Notes under the pieces: model-generated
Told to the model about the DNA's origin: nothing
Seen by the model: only the letters and a program-made list of their open reading frames with translations
The model's database searches: none
In this document: positions 47,075-57,430 of the stretch, in pieces
Numbering within the stretch: the first letter of the stretch is position 1
How the letters are laid out: the number at the start of each line of letters is the position of its first letter
Origin: Deltaproteobacteria bacterium
GTDB taxonomy: Bacteria > Myxococcota > Myxococcia > SLRQ01
Length of the DNA: 64,000 nucleotides
Assembly: GCA_029210625.1 (NCBI GenBank)
Contig: JARGFU010000007.1
Span: 27,742-91,741 of the forward strand
Direction: 5' to 3'
Program-made: the position numbers and the translations under genes

Positions 47075-47514
47075 TGCCGCCAGTCGGCGCGCACGAGCTT
47101 CCAGTCCTCACCCTCGAGGGTGAAGCCGAAGTCGAGCTCGATGCTGTCGGCGCTCGCGGGGACGATCGTCTCGCCGCGGGCGAGCAGGGCCTTCGTCTGC
47201 ACGTCGGCCTGGGTCGAGCTCTCCAGGGTGATCTGCCGCTCGGTGAGGAGCACCTGGGTCCAGCGGCCCTGGCGCAGCTGCACGAAGAGCATCCCCTTGA
47301 GCTGGTCCCGGGTCATGCCTCGCCCTTTGAAGGACTCGGAGACGTGCTCCATGATCCCGCCCAGGTCCTGCTCCCGCGTCGCCTGCACCATCTCGTCGAG
47401 CACCGCCGAGATCGCCTCCTCCGGCGTCTTGGGCTCGTCCGAGGAGAAGAGGAAGAGCCCCGCCGCGACGAGGCAGGAGCCCAGGACCAGCAGAACCAGC
47501 GTGCGGACCGACAT
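47071..47514 (-). CDS. Hypothetical membrane-anchored protein
   Basis: The 147-aa product has an N-terminal TM segment (MSVRTLVLLVLGSCLVAAGLFLF). Its stop overlaps the adjacent convergent gene's stop by 4 bp. Confidence 0.45.
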   Translation of the reverse strand: MSVRTLVLLVLGSCLVAAGLFLFSSDEPKTPEEAISAVLDEMVQATREQDLGGIMEHVSESFKGRGMTRDQLKGMLFVQLRQGRWTQVLLTERQITLESSTQADVQTKALLARGETIVPASADSIELDFGFTLEGEDWKLVRADWRH

Positions 47515-47619
47515 CCCCCGAGTCTACCCACTCGCAGCTCATAGCTCGAAGCCAATCGAGCCGCCACCGGCGGACTGCGGCGGCTCGAGAGCAGAGCGAG
47601 TCGATGTGCGTCGCCGGGG

Positions 47620-49293
47620 CTACCGGATGAGCGCCTTCGACTCGTCCATCCAGGGCTGGTAGTAGCGCTTGAACTTCTTGTCCTTCTTCAGCGCTTCGCC
47701 CACGTCCTCCCGGATCTTGTTGAGCTTGTCCCGCTCCACCCGGTCGTTCTTGAAGAAGGTGAGCGCCTTGGCGAAGAGGGGCAGCGCCTCGTTGAAGTGA
47801 CCCTGCTCGGAGTAGAGCCAGCCCATCGCCTCGTAGACCTCGGCGTACTGCTCCTTGATGCCGACGGCGGTGTTGTAGGCGTCGATCGCCTTGTCGTACT
47901 CCTTCTTCCGCTCCTCCTCGTCCTTCATGCCCCGGGCGGCCTTCTGATGGATCATGCCGATCCGCAGGTAGGCCTCGCGCGCCTCCGGGTCCGCCTTGAT
48001 GGCGTCCTGGAAGTGCTTCGTCGCCTCCTCGATGTGCTCGTCACCCTTCTTCAGGAGGATGTTGCCGTAGGCGACGTGGTAGTTGGCGGACTTCGCGACG
48101 TTCTTGCCCCAGAGCTCCATGATCTGGAGGGCCTCCTCGGCGCGGTTCTGCTCGAGGAGCGCGAGCGCGGCGAGGTGATAGGCGCGAGGAGCGTAGGGGT
48201 AGTTCTCGTAGGCGGTCTGGAGGGCCGGCAGGGCGGTGGCGTTGCCCATGTTGGCCAGGGCCACGCCCTTGGCGAAGTGGGCCACCGGCAGCTTCGGCGC
48301 CGCCGCGAGGGCCTCCTCGGCCGCGGTCACGGCCTTCTGGTACTCGCGGTTGTAGATGTGGAACTCGGCCAGGGTCGCCTTGGCGTAGGCCAGCAGGTAG
48401 GGGTTCAGCTCGCCCTCGGGGCGGGCGAGGACGTCGTCGAGGTTGTCCTTGGCCTTCTTGACGTCGTCGTCGCGGGCGATGTTGACCCGCGACTCGAGGA
48501 GCAGGCCCAGGATGTGGTTGGGGTTCGCGTCCAGGGTCTTCTTCACGAAGCTCTTGGCGTTCGTGAGCTCGTTGTCCTGCAGGTAGATCTCGGCGGTGTA
48601 GGCGTTGTAGCGCGGGTTGCGCCACTCGCTCTCGGCCGCCGCCCGCAGGCTCTTGCGCGCGTCGCCCAGCTTGCCCTGGTAGCGCTGCGCCAGCCCGAGG
48701 CCCTCGAAGATCGAGGCGCCGCGGCCGCCCTGGTTGACGATGTCGACCAGGTAGGTCTCGGCCTCGGCGTACTTGCCCTCGGCGACCATGAGGATGCCCT
48801 TGGCGCCGTAGCGCTCCTGCTTCTGGACGTCCTTCTTCTCGGCCTGCCCGGAGAAGTCGTTGGCGACGGCCTTGGCGCTCTCGATCCCGTACTCCTGGTA
48901 GAGGCGGGCGTTGATCAGGGCCTTGGTGGCCACGACGTACTTGTGGCCCGAGTCGAGGCCGAGGGCCTCGTCGAGCAGCGTCTGGGCCTTGGCCAGATCG
49001 GCGGGGTTGTCCCGCATCATCGCGTCCTTGGCCTGCGACGCGAGATCGCGCACCTGCTCCTGGACCTGGACGTGGTTCCAGTAGAAGTAGAGCGCGCCCA
49101 TGAAGAGCCCGGTGGCGATGATGATCTGGATGGAGGCCTTGCCGAAGGACTCGCGCGTGACCGGAGCGGTCCGCTGGAAGCCCTCGACGAAAGCCTCGTC
49201 GGGCAGCTGTGCACCGCTGCTGCCGTTGGTCCCGCCGTCAGCAATCTTCTCGTCGTCAGACACCGGCTCGACCTCGCGCTGGGGGCTCGACAT
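47620..49293 (-). CDS. Tetratricopeptide-repeat protein with N-terminal TM anchor
   Basis: The product is 557 aa with multiple TPR-like 34-aa repeats. Confidence 0.7.
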   Translation of the reverse strand: MSSPQREVEPVSDDEKIADGGTNGSSGAQLPDEAFVEGFQRTAPVTRESFGKASIQIIIATGLFMGALYFYWNHVQVQEQVRDLASQAKDAMMRDNPADLAKAQTLLDEALGLDSGHKYVVATKALINARLYQEYGIESAKAVANDFSGQAEKKDVQKQERYGAKGILMVAEGKYAEAETYLVDIVNQGGRGASIFEGLGLAQRYQGKLGDARKSLRAAAESEWRNPRYNAYTAEIYLQDNELTNAKSFVKKTLDANPNHILGLLLESRVNIARDDDVKKAKDNLDDVLARPEGELNPYLLAYAKATLAEFHIYNREYQKAVTAAEEALAAAPKLPVAHFAKGVALANMGNATALPALQTAYENYPYAPRAYHLAALALLEQNRAEEALQIMELWGKNVAKSANYHVAYGNILLKKGDEHIEEATKHFQDAIKADPEAREAYLRIGMIHQKAARGMKDEEERKKEYDKAIDAYNTAVGIKEQYAEVYEAMGWLYSEQGHFNEALPLFAKALTFFKNDRVERDKLNKIREDVGEALKKDKKFKRYYQPWMDESKALIR

Positions 49294-49368
49294 CCACAGC
49301 CTCCGGAAAAACCCCTGTAGGACAAGGGGGTTGGATCAATTGGAAGGAGCGATGGGTAGCAGGGCTTT

Positions 49369-50304
49369 TCAGAGAGTGTCAAGGATCGACCGCTCCACCA
49401 CGCCGGCCACCTCCGGCAGGGCCGAGACGGCCAGGAAGGCGCCCGCCCGGGCCCCCACCGCGAGGAGGGGGATGGGGTTGCGGGTGTGGGTCCTCACCGA
49501 GAGATCCTCCAGGTTTCCGTGATCACTGGTGACCACGAGGGTGTCCCGGGAGAGGTCGAGGCCCTCGAGGGCGCCCTGCAGCAGGCCCTCCAGGCGCAGG
49601 AGGGCGTCCTCGGCGGCCTCGAAGTCCTGGTCGTGGCCGGCCTTGTCGGTGAGGAAGAACTCGAAGAGCCCCAGGTCGAGGTGTTCGCGCTCGGCGGCGA
49701 GGATCCGGCCGGCCGCGATCGGCTCCACGGCCGGCAGGTCGAAGCCCCGGCCGCGGGGCCCCGCCAGGGTGACGTCGTGGAAGACCGCCCTCCCCTCGAG
49801 GACGTCATCGAAGGTGCGAAAGAGGATCCCCGCGGCGTGGGTCGCCACCGTCGTCACCGAGGGGTGGCGGTAGAGCCGCGGGATCGTCAGCGGCGGCTCG
49901 GGACGGCGGGGCGGAGGCTGGGGGAAGCCCACCGCGTTCAGGTACTGCGTGTGGTAGGCGTTGAGGAAGGCGACCGAGCGCCCCCGCCGGGAGAGGCGGG
50001 CGAGCAGGCCGTGCTGCTCGACGAAGGCGCGCAGCTTCGGGCCCGGGAAGCCGGTGACGTGGCTGCCCATGAAGGCGCCGGCGTTCTGCCCCGTGAGGAG
50101 GCTGGCCTGGCCGGTGGCGCTCTGGGGCCGGCCCGGTAGGCCGAGGTTCGCGTCGATGGCGCGGAAGCGAGCCTCGGGCGGGAGCGGCCGGGAGTGGCTG
50201 CCGTCGAGGAAGTGAGAGAGGAGCGTGGGCGTGCGCGCCAGCGGGTTCCGCGCCGGATCGCGCTCGCCGACCCCGACGCCGTCCACGAAGCAAAGGAGGA
50301 TCAT
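49369..50304 (-). CDS. Alkaline-phosphatase-superfamily 'metalloenzyme' domain protein (cofactor-independent phosphoglycerate mutase / phosphopentomutase-like)
   Basis: The product begins MILLCFVDGVGVGERDPARNPLA... and has a TSDHGN motif. It is translationally coupled (ATGA) to hyuB upstream. Confidence 0.55.
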   Translation of the reverse strand: MILLCFVDGVGVGERDPARNPLARTPTLLSHFLDGSHSRPLPPEARFRAIDANLGLPGRPQSATGQASLLTGQNAGAFMGSHVTGFPGPKLRAFVEQHGLLARLSRRGRSVAFLNAYHTQYLNAVGFPQPPPRRPEPPLTIPRLYRHPSVTTVATHAAGILFRTFDDVLEGRAVFHDVTLAGPRGRGFDLPAVEPIAAGRILAAEREHLDLGLFEFFLTDKAGHDQDFEAAEDALLRLEGLLQGALEGLDLSRDTLVVTSDHGNLEDLSVRTHTRNPIPLLAVGARAGAFLAVSALPEVAGVVERSILDTL

Positions 50305-51893
50305 GGCTCCGGCACCCCGTGCCCTCCTCCGCCCGGCGTCTCGATCCACAGGGCGTCGCCCGGCTCGAGGCGCACCTCGCACTTGGCCGGCAGCGCCTCC
50401 TTCCGGCCCCCCGCGCGCACGATCCGCTCGGCGCCCGGGAGCCCCGCCCCGCCACCGGCCGCGCCCGCCGGGGCGCGCTCGCGCCGCTCGCCCACCAGGG
50501 TCACCTCGGTGGGCTCGAGGGCCAGGTAGCCGCGCACGAGCCCCTCGCCCCCGGGGCGCGCGCCCGCGCCGCCGCTGCCCCGGCGCAGGCGATAGGCCAG
50601 CACCCGCAGGGGGGTGGTGTGCTCGATCACCTCGATCGGCGTGTTGAGGGTGTTGGTCATGTGGCTGTGCACCGCCGAGGCGCCCGCCCGTCCGGGGCCG
50701 GCGCCCGCGCCGCCGCCGAGGGTCTCGTAGTAGGCCCAGGGGTGGGGGCGGCTGCCGCCCATCAGGACGTTGTTCATCGTGCCCTGGCTCTGGGCCGGGA
50801 TCTCCCCGGGCAGGGCGCCGGCGAGCGCCGCCAGGATCAGATCGACCACCCGCTGGCTGGTCTCCACGTTGCCGCCGGCCACCGGGGAGGGGTGGCGCGC
50901 GTCGAGGATCGAGCCCGGGCGGGTCAGGATCTCCACCGGCTCGAGCAGGCCGCTGGAGTCGGGCACGTCGTCGTCGGTGAGGAGGCGCAGGGCATAGAGG
51001 GTGGCGCTGACCACGATGGCCCGCACCGCGTTCAGGGGACCCTCACAGGCGTCGGCGCTGCCCCGGAAGTCGAGGGTGGCGCGCTCGCCCTCGAGGGTGA
51101 GGGCGAGGTGCAGCTCGAGCGGGCCGTGGCCGCGGCCGTCGTCGTCGAGCCAGTCCCGCGCCTCGAAGCGTCCGTCGGGCAGGGCCCGCAGGGTCGCCCG
51201 CATCGCGCGGCCGGCGTGGGCGACCAGGCCCTGCAGGGCGGCGTCGAGCCGCGCCTCGCCGAAGCGGTCCGCCAGGGAGCGCAGGCGGGCGGCCCCGGCG
51301 CGGCTGGCGGCGAGCTGCGCCTCGAGGTCCCCGCGGCGCTCGGCGGGATCCCGGGAGGCGTTGGCGAAGGCCTCGATCGCCGCGCCCACCGGCGCGCCGG
51401 CCCGCTGCACCAGGGTCGGGGGCAGCCGCACCCCCTCGGCGTCGATGTGATCGGTGAGGGGCATCGAGCCCGGCCGCTCGCCGCCCACGTCCGCGTGGTG
51501 GGCCCGCACCGCGACCAGCCCCAGCAGCCGCTCGCCGCGCTCGTCGAAGACGGCCTCCACGCTGGTGAGGTCGGGCAGGTGCGTCCCGCCGGCGAAGGGA
51601 TCGTTGAGGATGGCGACGTCCCCGGGGCCCAGGTCGAGGGCCGCGCGGGCCGCGGCGACCGAGAGGGGGGTGGCCCCGAGGTGCACGGGGATGTGCGCGG
51701 CGTGGGCCACCATCTCCCCGCCGGGCTCGAAGAGGGCGCAGGAGAAGTCCCGCCGCTCCTTGATGTTGGGGGAGAAGGCGGCCCGGCCGAGGACGACCCC
51801 CATCTCCTCGGTCAGCGCCGAGAGGAGGTGCCGCCAGACGGTCAGCTCCACCGGATCGTCGAGGCGCTCCCCCGGGGTGGGCCGGTCGCTCAT
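50301..51893 (-). CDS. hyuB: Hydantoinase B/oxoprolinase family protein
   Basis: The 529-aa product has typical HyuB sequence (NDPFAGGTHLPD, GGNVETSQRVVD). Its start MSDRPT is at 51893, overlapping hyuA's stop by 4 bp. Confidence 0.8.
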   Translation of the reverse strand: MSDRPTPGERLDDPVELTVWRHLLSALTEEMGVVLGRAAFSPNIKERRDFSCALFEPGGEMVAHAAHIPVHLGATPLSVAAARAALDLGPGDVAILNDPFAGGTHLPDLTSVEAVFDERGERLLGLVAVRAHHADVGGERPGSMPLTDHIDAEGVRLPPTLVQRAGAPVGAAIEAFANASRDPAERRGDLEAQLAASRAGAARLRSLADRFGEARLDAALQGLVAHAGRAMRATLRALPDGRFEARDWLDDDGRGHGPLELHLALTLEGERATLDFRGSADACEGPLNAVRAIVVSATLYALRLLTDDDVPDSSGLLEPVEILTRPGSILDARHPSPVAGGNVETSQRVVDLILAALAGALPGEIPAQSQGTMNNVLMGGSRPHPWAYYETLGGGAGAGPGRAGASAVHSHMTNTLNTPIEVIEHTTPLRVLAYRLRRGSGGAGARPGGEGLVRGYLALEPTEVTLVGERRERAPAGAAGGGAGLPGAERIVRAGGRKEALPAKCEVRLEPGDALWIETPGGGGHGVPEP

Positions 51894-53902
51894 GGCCTCC
51901 TCCCCAGGCGCAGGAGCCCCAGCGCGTCGACCCGCGCCCGGAAGCCGGCGGGCACCCAGGTGGTGCCGGTGCGCTCGACGATCGCGGCCGGGCCCTCGAC
52001 GAGGCTGCCCGGGCCGAGCTCCTCGCGCCGGGCGGTGACCCCCGCGCCACCGCTGATCGTCCGGGCGCTGCCCGCGGAGACGAGCGGCGCCGGCACCTCC
52101 GGGGCCCGGCCCCGCGCCTCGACCCGGGCGGTGACCCACTCCAGGGGGCGGGGGAGGGTGAAGCCGAAGGCCTCGGCGTGCCGGCGGGCGAAGGCGGCGG
52201 CCGCGTCGGCGACGAGGGTCGCGCTGGCGGGCTCGACGGGCACCTCGAGGGTGGCGCTCTGGCCCCGGTAGCGCAGCTCGGCGGTGGCCTCGAGCTCGGG
52301 GTGCGCCTCGCCCTCGGCGGCGAGGGCCGCGCGGGCCCGGGCCTCGAGCTCGGCGTAGGCGCTGGCGAGCTGCCCGGCGAGGGGAGCGTCCGCGGGGCCC
52401 CGCTCGGCGGGCAGGGGGAGCTGGAGGGTGCGCCGGCGCAGATCCCGGCGGCGCGCGGCGAGGGCGCCGTAGGCGCAGAGGAGGCCGGGCTCGGGCGGGA
52501 CCACCACCTCGGGGATCTCGAGGAGCTCGGCGAGCTCGGCGGCGTGGAGGCCCCCGGCGCCGCCGAAGGGCATCAGGACGAAGTCCCGGGGATCGTGTCC
52601 GCGCTCGAGGCTCACCCGGCGCAGGGCCCGGGCCATCACCGCGCCGGCCACCCGCACGATCCCGGCGGCGCAGGCCTCGGCGTCCAGGCCGAGGCGGGCG
52701 CCCAGGCCGGCCACCGCGCGGCGGGCCGCCTCGAGGTCGAGGGGCAGCTCGCCGCCCAGGAGGAGGTCGGGGGGTAGGCGGCCCAGCACCAGGTGGGCGT
52801 CGGTGAGGGTGGGCTCCTCGCCGCCCCGGCCGTAGGCCGCCGGGCCGGGGTCGGCGCCGGCGGAGCGGGGACCCACCCGCAGCGCGCCGCCGCCGTCGAT
52901 CCAGGCCAGGGAGCCGCCGCCGGCCCCGACGGTGTAGATGTCGAGGGCGGGAATGCGCAGGGGCAGCTCGCCGATCTCGATCTGATCCCGGCGCAGGGGC
53001 GTGCCCTCGACCACCACGCAGACGTCGGTGGAGGTGCCGCCCATGTCGAGGGTGAGCACCCGGGAGAGGCCCGCCTGCCGGGCGACCCGCGCCGCGCCGG
53101 TGACGCCGCCGGCGGGCCCGGAGAGGGCCGTGTGCACCGGCGCCACCCGGGCGGAGGCCGAGGCGCGGACGCCCCCATCCGAGCGCAGCACCGTCAACCG
53201 GGTGGGCGCGAGCGCCCCGGCGTCGGACGCCGCGGCCAGCGCCTCGTCGACCCGCGCCAGGTAGCGCTGGCAGGTGGGGGCGACGAAGGCGTTGGCGACG
53301 CAGGTCGAGCTGCGCTCGTACTCGCGGATCTCGGGCGAGAGCCGGTGGGAGAGGGTGAGGGGCAGGTCCAGGCCGGCGAGGGCCTCGGCGACGCGCGCCT
53401 CGTGCTCGCCGTTGGCGTAGGCGTGGAGGAGGACCACCGCCACGGCCTCGGCGCCCAGGCTGCGGAGGCGATCGCGCAGCTGCGCGGCCTCGTCCTCGTC
53501 CAGGGTCAGCGCTCGCAGCACCTCGCCGTGGGGTCCCAGCCGCTCGGGGAGGCCCAGCCGCCGCCCGGCCGGGACCAGGGGCGGGGGGAGGGCCGGCTCC
53601 AGGGCGTGGAGCTCGGGGCGGCTCTGCCGGCGGATCTCGAGGACGTCCTCGAAGCCCTCGGTGGTCAGCAGCACCACCCGGGCGCCGCGCCGCTCGAGCA
53701 GCGCGTTGGTGGCGACGGTGGAGCCGTGGGCGACTCCCTCCGGCGACCGCCCCGCCTCGCGGCGCACCCGCTCGAGGGCCTCGAGCACGGCCCGGGCCGG
53801 ATCGTCGGGGGTCGAGGGGATCTTCGCCCGGAAGAGGGCGCCGTCCTCGCCGACCGCGATCAGGTCGGTGAAGGTGCCCCCCGTATCTACCCCGATGCGC
53901 AT
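51890..53902 (-). CDS. hyuA: Hydantoinase A/oxoprolinase family protein
   Basis: The product begins MRIGVDTGGTFTDLIAV... and contains LDMGGTSTDV; it is 670 aa. Confidence 0.8.
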   Translation of the reverse strand: MRIGVDTGGTFTDLIAVGEDGALFRAKIPSTPDDPARAVLEALERVRREAGRSPEGVAHGSTVATNALLERRGARVVLLTTEGFEDVLEIRRQSRPELHALEPALPPPLVPAGRRLGLPERLGPHGEVLRALTLDEDEAAQLRDRLRSLGAEAVAVVLLHAYANGEHEARVAEALAGLDLPLTLSHRLSPEIREYERSSTCVANAFVAPTCQRYLARVDEALAAASDAGALAPTRLTVLRSDGGVRASASARVAPVHTALSGPAGGVTGAARVARQAGLSRVLTLDMGGTSTDVCVVVEGTPLRRDQIEIGELPLRIPALDIYTVGAGGGSLAWIDGGGALRVGPRSAGADPGPAAYGRGGEEPTLTDAHLVLGRLPPDLLLGGELPLDLEAARRAVAGLGARLGLDAEACAAGIVRVAGAVMARALRRVSLERGHDPRDFVLMPFGGAGGLHAAELAELLEIPEVVVPPEPGLLCAYGALAARRRDLRRRTLQLPLPAERGPADAPLAGQLASAYAELEARARAALAAEGEAHPELEATAELRYRGQSATLEVPVEPASATLVADAAAAFARRHAEAFGFTLPRPLEWVTARVEARGRAPEVPAPLVSAGSARTISGGAGVTARREELGPGSLVEGPAAIVERTGTTWVPAGFRARVDALGLLRLGRRP

Positions 53903-53973
53903 GGACGCCGACTATAATCGGTGACGATGACCCGGAGGTGGTTCGAGAGGAGCCCGGCGCGAGGCATGGCGAG

Positions 53974-54849
53974 ATGAGCGACCTGGAGCTGAAGACCGGC
54001 GGGGCCCTCGAGCGCCGGGAGGGCGACGACCTGCGCCTCGCCTACGCCGAGCTCACCGCGGCGCGGACCCACCACGCCGCCTTCCTGCTGGAGAGGGAGG
54101 CGCGCGAGGCGGCGCTGGGCCGCAAGTCCCACCACGTGCAGGGCGCCCTCGAGGCCGCGAAGGCCTTCCTGGCCGGGGCGGGGGAGGGGGAGGCCGCCGC
54201 CTCCCTGCCGGTCCCCGCCGAGGACTTCCGGGCGGAGCTGCAGCAGGGCCGGGAGGCCTTCGAGGCCTGGGCGAGGGAGGAGACCGGGCGCCTGGAGGCG
54301 GCGATCGAGGCGGCGTCCGCCGAGGTGACCGCCCGGGTGGAGCGCTGGCTCGAGCACTTCCGGCCGCACCTGCGGCTGGAGGTGGCCGCGATCGGGAAGG
54401 AGCGCTCGGTGGTGCACCTGCCCACCCCGCGGGGGGACGAGGCGGTGCTCCTCTGCGCCCTGCTCACCGGCAAGCCCCCCCTCACCTACGACTTCCTCCT
54501 CGACGACGCCGTCGACCACCTCGGTCAGCCCTCGGCCCTGGCCGCGGCGGGGGCGGGGATCGATCTCTCGGCCCTGCGGGAGGGGAGCGCCGACGACGAG
54601 GACGCGATCGCCCACGGCAGCGAGGCGACGCTCCTCCCCATCCGCCGCCACCTGCCCCTCACCGATCCGATCCTGGGCTGGCCCCGCTTCCGGCTGATGC
54701 TGCGCGGCCCGGTCCTGGAGCTGGAGTCCCGGGAGGCGGACACGGGCTACACCCACCTGCTGCCCGCCGCCCACGCCGAGCGCTTCACCGGCTACCTCGT
54801 CGCCCTCCAGGCGAAGGGGAAGCTCGAAGTCGCGGTCGATCTGGGCTAA
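53974..54849 (+). CDS. Hypothetical protein
   Basis: The ORF has coding-like composition and is Glu/Ala/Arg-rich with predicted helices. No family was recognised. Confidence 0.4.
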   Translation: MSDLELKTGGALERREGDDLRLAYAELTAARTHHAAFLLEREAREAALGRKSHHVQGALEAAKAFLAGAGEGEAAASLPVPAEDFRAELQQGREAFEAWAREETGRLEAAIEAASAEVTARVERWLEHFRPHLRLEVAAIGKERSVVHLPTPRGDEAVLLCALLTGKPPLTYDFLLDDAVDHLGQPSALAAAGAGIDLSALREGSADDEDAIAHGSEATLLPIRRHLPLTDPILGWPRFRLMLRGPVLELESREADTGYTHLLPAAHAERFTGYLVALQAKGKLEVAVDLG

Positions 54850-54864
54850 TCCAGTAGCCCGGGC

Positions 54865-57387
54865 ATGGCATTGAAGATTCGATCCAGGCGGCGGCTGGCG
54901 GCCGCGAGCAGCGGCCTCTTCGTGGGGCTCTTCGTGCTCGCGCTCTCCTTCCTCGAGCTGGTGCCCACCAGCTTCGACGAGATGGCCTACGACGCGCTGA
55001 TGCGGGCCACCGCCGACGAGACCCGGGCCAGCGATCGGATCGTCCTGGTGCACTTCGACGAGGAGAGCCTGGGCTGGGTGGAGCGGGAGATGGGCGAGGA
55101 GTGGCCCTGGCCCCGGGAGTACCACGGCATCCTGCTCTCCACCCTGCGCAGCTGGGGCGCCCGCGTCGTCGCCTTCGACATCCTCTTCGATCAGGACCGG
55201 GTGGGGCACTTCGGCTGGTCGGACACCGCGGCCTTCACCGAGCACCTGCGCGAGGCCGGGCAGGCGGTCCTCGCCGGCGGCCACAACGCGGGCGAGCGGG
55301 CGCCGATCCCCGCCCGGGGCCACGGGATCCGGCTGGCCGCCTATCCCGACTGGGACGCCGCCCTCGAGGGCGCCGGCCGCCTCACCGCCCTGGCGCGCCA
55401 GGCCTACCTGCAGGCCGAGGGCGAGGGCTACCGGCTCTGGGTCGGCGGCTTCGACTCCGACGAGGAGGCCCGGGCGGCGGTCACGGCCTGGGGCACGGCG
55501 GTCCTCCCGCTGCTGGAGAAGCGCCCCGAGACGGCGACCCGGGTCGACCGGGCGGCGCTGTCGGCCTGGCTCGCCGAAGTGGTGAAGGACCGGGCCGGCG
55601 AGGTGCCGGAGGCCGCCGAGCACGTCGGCGACGCCGAGTTCCTCCGCCGCTTCCGCCTCTCGGCCCCCTCGGGCGAGGCCGAGACCGGCGTGGACACCCT
55701 GCCCCAGGCGCCCTTCCTCCTGGCCGCCGCCGGCTTCGGCATCGCCGAGCAGCTCCCCGACTCCGACGGCATCCTGCGCCGGATGCAGCTCACCGCCCGC
55801 CTCGAGAGCGGGGTCTACCCCTCCTTCCCCCTCGCCATCTACCTGGCCGCCCAGAAGGGCCACGTGCCGGTGCAGCTGGGGAAGGGGAAGCTGGTGGTGG
55901 GGGATCAGAAGGTCCCGGTGGACGCCGAGGACCGGGTGCGGGTGCGGCTGCACGGCGTCGATCCCTACGACGACGTGCCCGCCTGGAAGGTGCTGCGGGC
56001 CGCGATCCTCCAGCAGGAGGGGCAGGAGCTCGACCAGGCCGAGCTCGACCCGGCGCGCTTCGCGGATCGCATCGTGATCATGAGCGGGAGCGCGGTCTCC
56101 CTGATGGACCGCCGGCCCTCCTCCCTCTCCCAGAGCCACAACGGCTCGGACCTCAACGCCGCCATGGTCGATGCCCTCATCGCCGGGTGCTGGGTGCGCC
56201 GCGCGCCGGGCTGGCTGATGGCCCTCTCGACCCTGCTCATGGGGATCTTCGCCGCGCTCCTGGGGGCCTTCGCCACCGAGCCGCGGCCCCTGGCCCGGAT
56301 CGAAGGCGCCCTGGGCTCGATCCTGCGCCTGGCGACCCGGGGGGTGATGGCCGGCGTCGCCATCGCGGTGGTCATCGGCCCCCTGCTGGTGGTGGCGGTC
56401 TACCTCTTCGGCTCCTTCGACTTCTGGGTGCCGGTGGCCCTCCCCATCCTCACCGCCGGCGGCGCCCTGATCACGGCCCTGGGGGTGCTGGAGTACGTCG
56501 AGTACCGGGACCGCCGGGCCATCCACCAGGCCCTGGGCATCTACACCAGCGACCTGGTCGCCAACCTGGTCGCCACCGGCGGGGTGAAGGCCCTCGACGC
56601 CCGGCGCGACGACGTGAGCGTCTACTTCTCCGACCTCGAGGGCTTCACCTCCTTCTCGGAGAACCTCGAGCCCGAGCAGCTCTCCGCGCTGCTCTCCGAC
56701 TACCTAACGGCGATGACCGACGTGATCCTCGAGCACGAGGGCGTGGTCGACAAGTACATCGGCGACGCGATCATGGCCTTCTGGGGCTGGCGGGAGACCC
56801 AGCCCGACCACCCCCTGCGGGCCGTGCGCTGCGCGGCGGCGATGCGCAGCCGGATGGCCGAGCTGCGACCGGTCTGGGAGGAGCGCTACGGCGTGGTGCT
56901 CAAGGCCCGGGCGGGGATCAACTCCGGGATCGCGGTCGTCGGCAACATGGGCTCGGCCCAGAAGATGAACGTCACCCTCCTGGGCGACGTCGTGAACCTC
57001 GCCGCGCGGCTCGAGGGCGCCAACAAGGCCTACGGCACCGAGCTGATGGTCGGCGAGGCGACCTACGAGGAGGCGAAGGCGGGCTTCGAGTTCCGGGAGC
57101 TCGACATCCTGCGGGTGAAGGGCAAGGCGAAGCCGGTGCGGGTCTACGAGCCGCTGGTGCCCGCCGGCGAGGTCAACGGTGATCTGCGCTGGCGCGATAG
57201 CTTCGAGTCCGGGCTCGCCGCCTTCCGGGAGGCCGACTTCTCCGCCGCCCGGGCGCACTTCGAGGAGGTCCTCACCCTGCGCCCCGGGGACGCTCCGGCG
57301 AAGCTCTACCTCGAGCGCTGCGCGGCCTACGCGGCCGCCCCGCCCCCGGCGGACTGGGACGGCGTCTACGTGATGACCACGAAGTGA
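54865..57387 (+). CDS. Class III adenylate/guanylate cyclase with N-terminal CHASE2 sensor domain
   Basis: The 840-aa product has a TM segment, a periplasmic CHASE2-like region, further TM helices, and a cyclase homology domain (VSVYFSDLEGFTSFSE...VVDKYIGDAIMAFWG...VVGNMGS...LLGDVVNLAARLE). It has a TPR-like C-terminal tail. Confidence 0.85.
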   Translation: MALKIRSRRRLAAASSGLFVGLFVLALSFLELVPTSFDEMAYDALMRATADETRASDRIVLVHFDEESLGWVEREMGEEWPWPREYHGILLSTLRSWGARVVAFDILFDQDRVGHFGWSDTAAFTEHLREAGQAVLAGGHNAGERAPIPARGHGIRLAAYPDWDAALEGAGRLTALARQAYLQAEGEGYRLWVGGFDSDEEARAAVTAWGTAVLPLLEKRPETATRVDRAALSAWLAEVVKDRAGEVPEAAEHVGDAEFLRRFRLSAPSGEAETGVDTLPQAPFLLAAAGFGIAEQLPDSDGILRRMQLTARLESGVYPSFPLAIYLAAQKGHVPVQLGKGKLVVGDQKVPVDAEDRVRVRLHGVDPYDDVPAWKVLRAAILQQEGQELDQAELDPARFADRIVIMSGSAVSLMDRRPSSLSQSHNGSDLNAAMVDALIAGCWVRRAPGWLMALSTLLMGIFAALLGAFATEPRPLARIEGALGSILRLATRGVMAGVAIAVVIGPLLVVAVYLFGSFDFWVPVALPILTAGGALITALGVLEYVEYRDRRAIHQALGIYTSDLVANLVATGGVKALDARRDDVSVYFSDLEGFTSFSENLEPEQLSALLSDYLTAMTDVILEHEGVVDKYIGDAIMAFWGWRETQPDHPLRAVRCAAAMRSRMAELRPVWEERYGVVLKARAGINSGIAVVGNMGSAQKMNVTLLGDVVNLAARLEGANKAYGTELMVGEATYEEAKAGFEFRELDILRVKGKAKPVRVYEPLVPAGEVNGDLRWRDSFESGLAAFREADFSAARAHFEEVLTLRPGDAPAKLYLERCAAYAAAPPPADWDGVYVMTTK

Positions 57388-57430
57388 TCTCACGCACGCC
57401 GCCGCGGGGCGTTGTTGCTACAATGCCGGG

